A stretch of DNA of 64,000 nucleotides from NCBI GenBank assembly GCA_027491435.1, contig JAOZFG010000003.1, positions 1-64,000 on the forward strand, written 5' to 3'. Of the stretch, positions 1-9,778 are shown one piece after another; the first letter of the stretch is position 1; every line of letters starts with the position of its first letter. The position numbers were made by a program, and so were the translations under genes. This DNA is from Thermoproteota archaeon (GTDB taxonomy: Archaea > Korarchaeota > Korarchaeia > Korarchaeales > Korarchaeaceae). Under the pieces are notes generated by a model, which was given only the letters and a program-made list of their open reading frames with translations, was not told where the DNA came from and did not search any database.

Positions 1-138
1 ATAACTTGTCAAGGGTTGGTGGGCGAAGAAGTTTACTTAGCTATACTGTCAGCAACTGTGGCTGGGGCTGGATGGGTCGTTAAGAGGGCTTGGTCTATCG
101 TAATAGGAGGAAGAGGAGAGAATGACCTAGCGGGATAA
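1..138 (+). CDS. 3' end of a probable small membrane protein (partial, runs off window start)
   Basis: Frame 1 is open from base 1 (ITCQGLVGEEVYLAILSATVAGAGWVVKRAWSIVIGGRGENDLAG) to TAA at 136-138 and has a hydrophobic stretch. Confidence 0.4.
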   Translation: MTCQGLVGEEVYLAILSATVAGAGWVVKRAWSIVIGGRGENDLAG

Positions 139-557
139 AGAAATCATTAAGCTAATCTGGTGGCTTAATTCACGGTTTCAGACCCACTACAGGAAGTTTA
201 TTAAGCCGAGAGGCTGTTGATGTTTGCAAACATAGCTGAGCTCGAGATAATGGACCTATAAGGCGAGTTGGGCTATCTTACTGGGGAAGGCTATTAGAAT
301 TTGCTAAAGAGGAGTAAAGTAGCTAGCTGTGTACTAGCTACATATCAGTCGACCCAATTACTAAGACATCCACGTGAGCAGAAGGTCAGAAGTGTGAACT
401 GAAAAATCAGATAAGCTCCACTATACTGAATCCATCTGCAGGGGTATTAGGAGCCCACGCTCAGCGTGAGCTGGGCACTCCATCCCCCAAGGGTTCGTTG
501 ATGCTCGCACTCCTCATCGCGTGGGCCATCAATACCAACAGGGCAGTCACAAAAACT

Positions 558-1328
558 TTACATCTTGGTTAAGTTCTTAGCGTCCTTCAAGCAGTGCGCC
601 TTAACGTTCCCAAACTCCCACGTCCTGCCTTCCAGTTCAAATAGCTCCACTGCCCTCTTCACCTGGCCCTCCTTCAACGCTTCCATAGCTTTGATGTAGA
701 GGTCGTTGAACCTTCTGTACCTGAACTCAAGCCCCTGGCCCTGCCAGGGCTTCGGGGTCAGATCCTCGGGCCTGTCCACGTCAGCGAACCTCCACCCATG
801 CCTTAGAGACATCAGGTTCATGAGCAGTAGGGATTCGGCAGACCTGTGAAAGTCCGTGACCCTAGCCCCCTTGAGCCTGCAGGCCTCCAACGCCGCCCTG
901 AACGGGGCCTCCTTAACTACCAAGGTTATTAGAGATTCGACTGCCTCCTTGTAGTAGACTCCGTAAACTTCAGCGCTTCCAGCCCCCTCGAATGAGGAGA
1001 TGAGCTCCTCAACGGCCTCTTTGGTGATCCAGGGTAGGTCGGCTGGCAACACTAAGGTTGGACCGATGAAGCCGGCGGTTAAGACCCCCCTGACCGGTCC
1101 TGAGCAGGGCATGTCCCTGTCCACGAGTACTGGAACCCCTAGCATCTCCTTTAGGGTTTTAGCCCTCCTCTCCCCGTTGGTGACCACAATAACCCTCTCA
1201 ACCACTTCCCTCACGGACTCGACCACTCTGACCAGTATCGGCTTCCCCTCAACTGGGTAGAGGAGCTTATCTCTCCCGAATCTCCTGGACAAGCCCCCCG
1301 CCAGTACCACAGAGGCCTTCACTTCCAT
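558..1328 (-). CDS. mobA: Molybdenum cofactor guanylyltransferase
   Basis: N-terminal VVLAGGLSRRFGRDK motif, GPVRGV, LPADLPWI and DVDRPEDL match MobA/NTP-transferase motifs; C-terminal extension. Confidence 0.85.
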   Translation of the reverse strand: MEVKASVVLAGGLSRRFGRDKLLYPVEGKPILVRVVESVREVVERVIVVTNGERRAKTLKEMLGVPVLVDRDMPCSGPVRGVLTAGFIGPTLVLPADLPWITKEAVEELISSFEGAGSAEVYGVYYKEAVESLITLVVKEAPFRAALEACRLKGARVTDFHRSAESLLLMNLMSLRHGWRFADVDRPEDLTPKPWQGQGLEFRYRRFNDLYIKAMEALKEGQVKRAVELFELEGRTWEFGNVKAHCLKDAKNLTKM

Positions 1329-1393
1329 AGTATCGCTCCTGAAAACTCCCCATACCGCTTAAATACTCTAGGAACGGATAAAGAGGGGTTTGA

Positions 1394-3178
1394 ATGAGGA
1401 AGGCCATCCTCCTTTCCATGTTAATCCTTCTCCTCGTGTCTCTGCCAACCTTCTTAGAGGTTAGAGCACAGGAGGACCTGCCTCCCTACCACGTCAAGCC
1501 GGTCAACGGCATCTTCTACCCCAGGATTGGCTATCCAGCCCTGGTAGTCAACGGCTCCACTGTAAAAGTAGTCTTAGAGAGGACGGCCGTGGAATCCGTC
1601 TGGTTAGAGTCCATATACCTGGGGAAGTACGAGCAAGTCATATCTGGGCAAAGGCAGTCCAAACTCGGGGGCTTTGAGGTGACGGTGCTTGAAGTGAAGG
1701 TTAGCGCTCCCCCTGGGCTGTACAACCTGACGGTTAAGGCAAAGGGTAAGGTTTACACGGAGCCAAACTCCGTGGCCGTCTTCCAAGATTACCCCAAGGA
1801 GCTTAAGGTAGTCCACTGGACTGATACCCATTACGGGGTTAGGGACATACCCAAGCACATGACCAATCAGCTCCTGTTCAGATCAGCCATAGCCACCTTC
1901 AATGCCTTGAAGCCAGACCTGGTGCTGCACACGGGCGACGTTATAGATGCTATAGTGGATAAGGGAGAGGAGGAGCCCTTCAGGAGGGCTTACGAGGACT
2001 TGATCTCATTGAGGGTTCCAATAATAATGGTGCAGGGCAACAACGACAACACGGCCTTGGAGAAGGGAGCCTACTACTGGGAGAAGTACTTCGGCCCCCT
2101 ATACGGAGAGGTGAAGTTCGGGCCCTACGGCTTCTACCTAGTCGATTCCGACACGGGCAGGATAGTCATGAGTCAGTTCAAGTACATGTCAGGAAAGGTG
2201 GACATGGGGGTTGGGCTCACCCACTACCCGTTCGACGACAAGGACATAAGGATGTGGGAAGTCGATGAGCAGGGCAACTTCGTCAAGAGCCTTGAGTACG
2301 AGGAGACCGTGAACAAGTTCTTGGAGTTCTCTAAGGATTGGGGTGTTAAGCTCTGGCTCACCGGACACTGGCACAATGACGGGGAGTGGGAGTACGGGGA
2401 CGTGAAGGTTCTGCTCACTGACGCCGGGCAGTACGATCACGGGACCAGCTATGGGGGAGAGGCTGACGACTACGGCCACTACAGGCTGGTAACCCTTTAC
2501 GAGAACGGGAGGTTCTCCTACGATGAGACCAATTCCCTGAGGTCCTTCAACGTTACCTTCCTGAGGAGGCTTTCCTGGACTTCATCTAGCGCGGCTTTCT
2601 ACGTCGCCAGCCTTGAGGAGAGGACCGTGAACGTGACGGTGGTGTTGAGCAAGTATGTGGAGAACCCTAACGTTGAAGGAGCTAAGCTGTTGAGCGCTAA
2701 AGAGGTGGAAGGGAGGGGGATTTACACCCTTCAGGTGAGGGTCAAGGGGAAGAAGCTAGTCGTGATACAAGCTGAGCCCGACAAGGAGAAGCCGGAGGTT
2801 TCAGTAAAAGAGGTCAAGAGCGGTGACAAGATAATGCTGTTCTACAGGGCCGAGGACAGGGGAACCGGGGTTAAGGAGGTCAAGTTCTACTTCTCCAAGG
2901 ACAACAAGACTTGGGAGTTAGTGAAGCCTGAGCTAGACACGGGATGGCCCACCTGGAAAGTGGACCCTGAGGAGAAGGTCTACTACAAGGTGGAGGTGTC
3001 CGACGCCGCCGGCAACAAAGTTGTTAAGTACTTCGTCCACAAGCCCACTAAGCCCACCACGATAATGGTCACTAAGACCGCTGCCACTTCCACTTCTGGG
3101 GCCCTTAACTTGACCTTAGTGGGGTTAGTCGTCGTTGTGGCGGTGGCCCTGATCCTGCTCTTCATAAAAAGGAGGTGA
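1394..3178 (+). CDS. Secreted, C-terminally anchored calcineurin-like metallophosphoesterase
   Basis: Signal peptide; motifs TDTH, TGDVID, GNND, THYP, GHWH; Thr-rich linker, then a TM helix ending in KRR. Confidence 0.85.
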   Translation: MRKAILLSMLILLLVSLPTFLEVRAQEDLPPYHVKPVNGIFYPRIGYPALVVNGSTVKVVLERTAVESVWLESIYLGKYEQVISGQRQSKLGGFEVTVLEVKVSAPPGLYNLTVKAKGKVYTEPNSVAVFQDYPKELKVVHWTDTHYGVRDIPKHMTNQLLFRSAIATFNALKPDLVLHTGDVIDAIVDKGEEEPFRRAYEDLISLRVPIIMVQGNNDNTALEKGAYYWEKYFGPLYGEVKFGPYGFYLVDSDTGRIVMSQFKYMSGKVDMGVGLTHYPFDDKDIRMWEVDEQGNFVKSLEYEETVNKFLEFSKDWGVKLWLTGHWHNDGEWEYGDVKVLLTDAGQYDHGTSYGGEADDYGHYRLVTLYENGRFSYDETNSLRSFNVTFLRRLSWTSSSAAFYVASLEERTVNVTVVLSKYVENPNVEGAKLLSAKEVEGRGIYTLQVRVKGKKLVVIQAEPDKEKPEVSVKEVKSGDKIMLFYRAEDRGTGVKEVKFYFSKDNKTWELVKPELDTGWPTWKVDPEEKVYYKVEVSDAAGNKVVKYFVHKPTKPTTIMVTKTAATSTSGALNLTLVGLVVVVAVALILLFIKRR

Positions 3179-3179
3179 G

Positions 3180-4436
3180 CTACACCCCTATTTTTCTTAA
3201 GAACTCAGCATGCATCTTCATTCCCTCCATTTCAGCCAGCCTTTCAGCCACCTTGGCCAGCTTCCTTCTAAGGTTCTCTTCAAGTCTGGCCACCGAGACT
3301 GCCTTCATGAAATCGTAAATGGTGAGGCCGCCCCTCCTCCTCGAGTATCCAGAGGTGGGAAGCCTCTGGGGTATCCCTATCGCGTAATCTGCTAGAGGAG
3401 AGGGCGTGTTGTAGAGCACCTGCCCAACATTGACCAAGTTAGCGTTGTTGAGCCCATCACCGTAAATGACCACTCTAGAGGGGGAAAGCACGTTTATTGC
3501 CTCTTCCATCTCCTCAACAGGTAGCACTAAGGCTACTGCTCCCCTTAAAGCCTCTTTGACTATCTCAGAGGAGTTGAGGTCCGCTAGCCTCCTATTGACC
3601 TCATCTACGAGATCCTCGCTGTGAGCGATCAATAAGAGCAAGGTGTCTACCCCGTGCTCGGCCTGTGCAATTAGCTCCCAGGCCACGATCTCGGGATCGG
3701 CTCCATGGAGGGCAACCACTACATGCTCGGGCGGGTTAGACGGAAAGTCCACTGGCACGTCAGGGGCTACTATCTGCTTGGCTGCCATGAAGAACACGTC
3801 TCCCGAGCCGAATATCTTCTGAACAGCAGGTATTGTTGCCGTCCCATAGGCCATGACTGCCACCGCTATGGGGCCGCCTATCTTGAACACCCTGTCCACC
3901 TCCGCTACCTTTGCGGCTGCCAGCAGGTATGGGTTAACCCTACCTCCCACCGGTGGGGTGAACAGGAACACCTCGTTAACCCCGGCCACTTTGGCGGGAA
4001 TTGCCGTGTAGAACAGGTTGCTTATGTAAGCGTACTCCCCGGACTCAGGCACGTGTACCCCAACCCTCTCAAGGGGGACCCACCTTATGCCGTAAGAGCT
4101 CCCATCCTCCCACCTCTCTATGACGTTTTCAGGGATCTGCTTCTCGTAGAAGGACCTTATCCTCTCGGCCGTTTCCTCAAGCAGGTTTATGTCTTTCCCA
4201 ACCTTGGACAGGGCGTCATCCATCTCGGCTTTGGATACCTCTAAGTCGCTTAACTTAACGTCCAAGCCGTAGTACTTTCTGACCTGATCGATGACGCCTT
4301 CGTCTCCTCGAAGCTTGACCTCCTCTATTATAGGTTGAACGGATTCCCTGTAAATGGCCAGCATTATCTCCCTGGATTCGGTTTCTGTCAAAAACTTCCA
4401 GGCTTCGGAACCCTTCAGCACCTTCAAAAAGGACAC
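3180..4436 (-). CDS. hisD: Histidinol dehydrogenase-family protein (divergent active site)
   Basis: PLERVGVHVP, AIPAKVAGV, AQAEH, DY..G...LPTSG, GLTIYDFMK, EGMKMH; the canonical PEH motif reads PSR. Confidence 0.75.
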   Translation of the reverse strand: MSFLKVLKGSEAWKFLTETESREIMLAIYRESVQPIIEEVKLRGDEGVIDQVRKYYGLDVKLSDLEVSKAEMDDALSKVGKDINLLEETAERIRSFYEKQIPENVIERWEDGSSYGIRWVPLERVGVHVPESGEYAYISNLFYTAIPAKVAGVNEVFLFTPPVGGRVNPYLLAAAKVAEVDRVFKIGGPIAVAVMAYGTATIPAVQKIFGSGDVFFMAAKQIVAPDVPVDFPSNPPEHVVVALHGADPEIVAWELIAQAEHGVDTLLLLIAHSEDLVDEVNRRLADLNSSEIVKEALRGAVALVLPVEEMEEAINVLSPSRVVIYGDGLNNANLVNVGQVLYNTPSPLADYAIGIPQRLPTSGYSRRRGGLTIYDFMKAVSVARLEENLRRKLAKVAERLAEMEGMKMHAEFLRKIGV

Positions 4437-4711
4437 CCCTATTACAGTGTGGTCGGAATACTTAAATTCATGAGAGGGGATCCGCTTATCAATTTCAGCA
4501 TTACGTTTAAATAAAGGGAAGTGTTTTGGGGCTGGATCCTTTGCGCGGGTAGCCCTTGGGAGGGATCCAGCCCTTCACAAGCTCCAGGCTGCCAATATAA
4601 CGGTGACTTCCAGTTCCTAAAATGTCAGAGGTCGAAATTGAAATTTTGAGCCTCCTTGTCCCTCTCAATTAGTTGAGGCCGATCTATAGGAGTTAAGGGT
4701 TGTGAAGGTCG

Positions 4712-5026
4712 CTAATCACCTTTAATCGCTTTACTAACCGTCCTAACCGTCTTTAAGAAGAGCGGATTCGTCTCGTGAATGTATCTTCTTACCTTTATAA
4801 CTTCATTGAAGACCTCCTCCTGATAGTCCACAACGGCGTAAACCCCTCTGGGAACCACCCAATCTCCTCTCCTCAGGGATAGCGGGGCGTTTAACTCCAC
4901 GTGATACCCTTCGTCGGAGTACAGGTCATCAGGCCACTTCTGATCGCCCTTCACGTGAACTAACTTTGATCCAGGACTCCAGGGAACCTCAGATAGCCTA
5001 GCGACCTCCACCACGTTCAAATGCAT
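4712..5026 (-). CDS. Hypothetical protein
   Basis: 104-aa ORF with ATG start, divergent from the ASCH gene, not overlapping other genes; no motif recognised. Confidence 0.55.
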   Translation of the reverse strand: MHLNVVEVARLSEVPWSPGSKLVHVKGDQKWPDDLYSDEGYHVELNAPLSLRRGDWVVPRGVYAVVDYQEEVFNEVIKVRRYIHETNPLFLKTVRTVSKAIKGD

Positions 5027-5100
5027 AGTATTAGGGTGGGGCTCTAGCCTATTACAGTTCCGGTCAGCACCTTTTTATCCACCTAAGGGAGTAAGGGACG

Positions 5101-5448
5101 ATGGCCAAGAGGCTTAAGTTCAGGAAGAAGTACAAGGACGCCATAGTCTCGGAGAGGAAGGTGACCACCATAAGGCTGAACACTAAGTTAAAGCCTGGGG
5201 ACGTGGTGGACGTCATAGTGGGTGATGAGAGGATAGGCAAGGCTACAGTTGAGGACGTGAGTGAGAGCTCTATAGGCGACCTAACTGACGAGCACGCCAG
5301 GAGGGATGGCTTTTCCTCGAGGGACGAGTTGATCAAAGAGCTTTTTAGTATCTATGGTAAACTTAATCTGGATACTAAGGTGAAGATAATAAAATTTAAA
5401 TTAGTTAATGTCGGTAAATTTACTGAGAATAGCCAAAATAGTAGATAA
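5101..5448 (+). CDS. ASCH/PUA-like domain RNA-binding protein
   Basis: LKF..Y...I...RKVTTIR, KPGDVV and LTDEHARRDGF are typical ASCH signatures. Confidence 0.85.
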   Translation: MAKRLKFRKKYKDAIVSERKVTTIRLNTKLKPGDVVDVIVGDERIGKATVEDVSESSIGDLTDEHARRDGFSSRDELIKELFSIYGKLNLDTKVKIIKFKLVNVGKFTENSQNSR

Positions 5449-5560
5449 CTGTCAAGGTTAGTAGGGGGCCTGGATTGACGGTCAGCCGAGCCGCTTTAGA
5501 CGAATCTCGATAGAAAAGGTTATATTTTTAAAATGGTGTAGGAGCTGGGGTGATGATCCG

Positions 5561-6040
5561 ATGACCGACCCAGTGATACCTCTCAAGCCCATGGGTAGGG
5601 AGGAGATCCACAAGCTTGAGTACAGCCTGCTCATATCATCCTTGGTTGAGATCCTCACAGATCCCAAGTTCCTAGAGCAGCTTAAAGATCCAAGGGATAG
5701 GCTCACCTGGATAGATAGTATAGCCACCGCCGCTGCAGCGCTGGCTAGGGAGAAGGCCGGTATGACCACCAGCGAGATAGCCGACGACATAGGGAGGACT
5801 GAGGCCACGATAAAGAAGCACCTGAAAGGGGAGACTGAAGCCGGGAAGATAGTGTTGGAGGCCTACAAGAAGTTGGAAAGGGGAGAGGTAGACTCCACTC
5901 TAGCCTCTATACTCGGCCTGAAAAAGGCCGAACCCATAAAGGAGAAGATTGCCGAGCTGAGGAGCTCGTTGGTGGGGCTTAAGGAGTCCATCGATCAGCT
6001 CCTAGGTAAGCTTGAGGAGATAGAGAAGAGCTTGGAGTAG
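5561..6040 (+). CDS. Archaeal HTH transcriptional regulator (COG1318-like) with coiled-coil tail
   Basis: RLTWIDSIATAAAALAREKAGMTTSEIADDIGRTEATIKKHLKGETEAG; C-terminal heptads. Confidence 0.8.
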   Translation: MTDPVIPLKPMGREEIHKLEYSLLISSLVEILTDPKFLEQLKDPRDRLTWIDSIATAAAALAREKAGMTTSEIADDIGRTEATIKKHLKGETEAGKIVLEAYKKLERGEVDSTLASILGLKKAEPIKEKIAELRSSLVGLKESIDQLLGKLEEIEKSLE

Positions 6041-6115
6041 GCCCCTTTATTCACTATTTCACGTCCTCCCCTTATATAAGGACACCTTTTTATTGGACTG
6101 TAGCCCCTATACTCG

Positions 6116-7645
6116 ATGAGAGTGTTGGGCCTAGGGAAAAAGAAGAAGGAGAAGGGAATTAAGATAGATTTCGATCAGTCTAGAGGAGTAATAGAGCCCC
6201 ACAAAGGAGAGGAGCTCATAGGCCCCAAGAGAATGGTTGAGTCGATGGGTCTGGAGCACGTGATAGAGCTCGTGCCAGGCCTCGTCTACCGAGGAGTGAA
6301 AGGCTCTTCATATTACGTGGTTGAGCCCCCTCTGCCTGAGCTTCACAAGGAGTTCCTCATATCCAAGGGCAAGGAGTACGTTCTGGCCAGGATAAAGCCT
6401 GACAAGATAGACGAGATGGAGAAAATCTACGAGAAAGCTGCTGAGTACGCCATCAAAGAGGCCAAGATAGAGCCCAATGAGCAGCTCAAGGAGTACTTGA
6501 AGTATTACCTGAAGAGAGAGATAGAGGGCTTTGGCGCCATAGACCCGCTGATGAGGGATCCCTACATAGAGGACCTCACTCTCCCAGGGAGGGGGAGTAG
6601 GCTCGTCTACGTCTATCTAGGGGATCTGGGAGACTGGTTCAGGTCCAACATAAGGATAGAGGAGGAAGAGGCCAGGAGGATAGTCTTGAAGCTCTCGGAG
6701 CTTATAGGAAAGCAAGTCTCCCTAGCAGAACCAAGGCTGGAGGGAAGGCTCCCCGACGGAAGCAGAGTTCATGCTTTATACGGAGAGGCAGCCAGTTCGG
6801 GGGGCACCATATTCACAATAAGGAGGTTCGTGGTTAGGCCCACCATAGAGCAGTTAATTTTATGGGATGCCATCACAATAGAGGCGGCTGCCTACATATG
6901 GGTCCTCATAGAGCACGGCAGCTCTGGATTCATAGTTGGAGAGACGGGTACCGGTAAGACCACCCTGCTCAACAGCTTGCTATCGCTGTTGCCCAAGAGG
7001 AAGCACATAGTTACCGTGGAGGACACGCCCGAGATATACTTGCCTGAGCACGAGAACTGGTCCTCCCTGCTTGGATCCCCCCCTGGGATGGGGCCCAAGG
7101 GCTTGACCATAGTGGACCTGTTGAGGGACGTCTTGAGGATGAGGCCGGACTACGTAGTGGTGGGAGAGAGCAGAGGTGAGGAAACCAGGCTTCTGTTGCA
7201 ATTCATAAACGTGGGACACACCTCGCTGACCACCTTCCACTCGGACACCCTGGAGGGAGTGATAAGGAGGCTTATGAGCGACCCCATAAACATGACCCCT
7301 GAGGAGGTTGCGAGCTTCAAGGTAGCCGCCCTGCTGAGGAGGAGGGGTAAGAAGAGGGGCGTGGTCAAGATAGCCGAGATACTAAAGCCCCCCGGTGAGG
7401 ACAAGGTCGTCCTCAACACGGTGTTTTACAGGAAAGGTGGGATAGAAGGTCCCTTAGTGGGCGATCCAATAAAGACTAGCAAGCTTTTCCCCGAGATAGC
7501 TGAAAAAGAAGGCATACCCATACAGATAATCATAGAAGAGTATCTGGATAAGATACAGGAGCTAGCTGAAAGGGTTGACAGGTATCAGAGGGAGAAGGCA
7601 AGAAAGGATAGGAAGGCGGTTAAGGAAGTTACGATCAAGAGGTGA
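6116..7645 (+). CDS. Type IV pilus/type II-IV secretion assembly ATPase (ArlI/PilB/TadA family)
   Basis: GFGAIDPLMRDPYIED, LPDGSRV, Walker A GETGTGKT, Asp box VEDTPEI, Walker B RMRPDYVVVGESR, His box GHTSLTTFH. Confidence 0.92.
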   Translation: MRVLGLGKKKKEKGIKIDFDQSRGVIEPHKGEELIGPKRMVESMGLEHVIELVPGLVYRGVKGSSYYVVEPPLPELHKEFLISKGKEYVLARIKPDKIDEMEKIYEKAAEYAIKEAKIEPNEQLKEYLKYYLKREIEGFGAIDPLMRDPYIEDLTLPGRGSRLVYVYLGDLGDWFRSNIRIEEEEARRIVLKLSELIGKQVSLAEPRLEGRLPDGSRVHALYGEAASSGGTIFTIRRFVVRPTIEQLILWDAITIEAAAYIWVLIEHGSSGFIVGETGTGKTTLLNSLLSLLPKRKHIVTVEDTPEIYLPEHENWSSLLGSPPGMGPKGLTIVDLLRDVLRMRPDYVVVGESRGEETRLLLQFINVGHTSLTTFHSDTLEGVIRRLMSDPINMTPEEVASFKVAALLRRRGKKRGVVKIAEILKPPGEDKVVLNTVFYRKGGIEGPLVGDPIKTSKLFPEIAEKEGIPIQIIIEEYLDKIQELAERVDRYQREKARKDRKAVKEVTIKR

Positions 7646-7649
7646 TTAG

Positions 7650-9275
7650 GTGCTGAGCGAAGACTTCTTCATCGCCGCTGGAATGGAGGATATGACCCCC
7701 AAGAAGTACTTCTTAAGGATAATTTTGGTAGGAGGGACTCTGTCTGCCCTCTTCATCTACATGTACACGCAGGGCTGGATGGACTTGGCTGGTGCCCTCA
7801 TCCTTTCAATAACTCCTATAATGCTGATAGCCCTCAACCCCGTCCTCAACAAGATGAACCTAGCTGCCAAGTTGGAGAAAGACCTCTGGGCATATCTGGC
7901 CACCTTATGGCTACTTCAGAGGTCACATCGCCCGCTTGGGGAGTCTTTAGAGGCTGCAGGCAACATAACCGACGATAAAGACGTTAAAAACTACTTCAAG
8001 AAAGCTGCCGCTAGGATAAAGGCAGCTGGGACCTTGGAGGGCCTCCAGGCCAACATAAGGTACAGCCCTAGCAACGCCTGGAAGAGGCTTTACACTAGGC
8101 TCATGGACTACTTCTTCACCAGAGGTGAGGCGGTCGATGAGATGCTGGAGACTGAGCTCCATGAGGCCGTAACTAAGACCACGCAAGACATGAGAAGGAA
8201 TATAGAGATGTTAATGCTCATACTGATAATATACGTGCTCACAGCCACGGTCTTCCCATTCGTGATAACCCTGCTATTCACTTTCCAAGCCCTGGTATCC
8301 GGTTTTGGTGGAGGGGGCATGGGGGGCCTTGCCCTCTTAGTGGGAGTGTTGCCATCCCCCATGTTCATAATCTTCTTCAAGATATTGACCCCCAGATATT
8401 ACAAGTTCGACAGTGAGAGCCTGGCCATAGGGTGGGGGGCCTTCTTCACCGGCTTTATGATCGGCCTGATGATAACCTTTTACCTTCCCAACATACTCCC
8501 CCCGGTGGCGGGCGAGGGCTTCCTAGCGGAGATAATAAGCTCGTTCAGGGACGCTAACCTCTGGCTCAGGATGACCTTCGGCCTAATGTTCGGTGGCCTC
8601 TTCGGCTGGCTTGCCATAAGGAAAAGAGAAGCTAGGCTCAGGGGGGAGGCCCTAGATTACCCCCTATTCCTTCAAGACCTCTTCGTAGAACTTAAGGGAG
8701 GAAGGGCCTTCTGTAGGGCTATAGAGGATATGAAGGTGAGCTACAAGAGCCTAAAGGAGTTCATGTCCTTGGTCAAGTACTGGGCCAAGCTCAGGATTCC
8801 TTACACGGACATACTCACGATGATAGCTGAGAGGCAGAGGTACAGCGTCTCCAAGATGTCGACCCTCTTAATAATGAACGCTCTCAAGTCGGGAGTTGAG
8901 CTGAAGGAGGCCTTTGGCACTATATCTAACTTCATGATGAAGGTTAGGGAAATGTGGTTAGAGGCTGAAAGTGAGAAGAGAGGGAACTATATAACCGCGG
9001 TCCTGTCTTTCATGTTCTCAGTGTTTTCACTTGCCTTCTTGGTGAGAATGCTCAACATACCCATATCGGCCAGGGCCGCTGAGGTTGTGAAGGACGGTTT
9101 AATGCTGCAGGGCTTCATACAGGCCTTGGTGATGGGCCTGTCACTAGGGGCCGTGAGGAGTGGCCACCTGACATCCTCGTTCAGGGAAATGTTCCTGTTA
9201 GCAATACCGACGCTTGTATCTCTGGCATTAATCCAATCATGGAACCCGCCTCCCCTCATTTTGGGAGGACACTAA
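7650..9275 (+). CDS. Type IV pilus membrane platform protein (TadC/ArlJ-like, two T2SF-type repeats)
   Basis: Polytopic membrane protein 4 bp downstream of the ATPase; two cytoplasmic domains, including PLFLQDL...KGG...AI. Confidence 0.8.
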   Translation: MLSEDFFIAAGMEDMTPKKYFLRIILVGGTLSALFIYMYTQGWMDLAGALILSITPIMLIALNPVLNKMNLAAKLEKDLWAYLATLWLLQRSHRPLGESLEAAGNITDDKDVKNYFKKAAARIKAAGTLEGLQANIRYSPSNAWKRLYTRLMDYFFTRGEAVDEMLETELHEAVTKTTQDMRRNIEMLMLILIIYVLTATVFPFVITLLFTFQALVSGFGGGGMGGLALLVGVLPSPMFIIFFKILTPRYYKFDSESLAIGWGAFFTGFMIGLMITFYLPNILPPVAGEGFLAEIISSFRDANLWLRMTFGLMFGGLFGWLAIRKREARLRGEALDYPLFLQDLFVELKGGRAFCRAIEDMKVSYKSLKEFMSLVKYWAKLRIPYTDILTMIAERQRYSVSKMSTLLIMNALKSGVELKEAFGTISNFMMKVREMWLEAESEKRGNYITAVLSFMFSVFSLAFLVRMLNIPISARAAEVVKDGLMLQGFIQALVMGLSLGAVRSGHLTSSFREMFLLAIPTLVSLALIQSWNPPPLILGGH

Positions 9276-9333
9276 TCCAGTTTTCCTCTTTTAACCCATA
9301 AATTAATAATCTCTAGGTTCTAGCTCTAATAAT

Positions 9334-9768
9334 ATGCGGGGGATCTCCAGAGTCTTCATGTCGGCGTTCTTGGTTATGCTAGGCTTCATGTTAATCGCCA
9401 TACTATATTACTCAGCAGCTAACGTGTCTCTGGTAACCATGGAGGGGTACGTGAGAGTATCTGAGATGGCTGGGATAGAGATCCTAGGAATGTCCCCTGA
9501 TGGAGGAAATGGTAATGTAGCTGTTATAGTAGTGAGGTCGGTATTCAAAGACTCCATTCCCTATGAGGGACCAAGCTGCTGGCAAGTCTTCATTGATCGA
9601 AGGCGGGTCCAAATACTAGAGCTCAATCCGCCCAGCGGGGCGTTGAGGAAGGGGGATAAGCTCATGATAAAGGTGGATTTTACGGGATTGTCCTGGGATG
9701 CCGACCATGAAATAGAGGTTTATGGCCCTAAGGGAGCCAAGGCCAAGTTCATATGGTTGCCCTCCTAG
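9334..9768 (+). CDS. Archaeal type IV pilin
   Basis: Class III signal MRG|ISRV followed by a hydrophobic helix; paralogous to 12516-12965 (WxVFI, I.VYGP.G.KA). Confidence 0.75.
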   Translation: MRGISRVFMSAFLVMLGFMLIAILYYSAANVSLVTMEGYVRVSEMAGIEILGMSPDGGNGNVAVIVVRSVFKDSIPYEGPSCWQVFIDRRRVQILELNPPSGALRKGDKLMIKVDFTGLSWDADHEIEVYGPKGAKAKFIWLPS

Positions 9769-9778
9769 CCTAAAACTA

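Noticed and set aside
175-206. Minus-strand GCTTAATA...GGTCTGAAAC and a similar GCTCAATA...GGTCTGAAAG near 43188-43222 resemble CRISPR repeat ends
   Set aside because: Single, non-identical copies 43 kb apart, with no regular spacing, spacers or cas genes.
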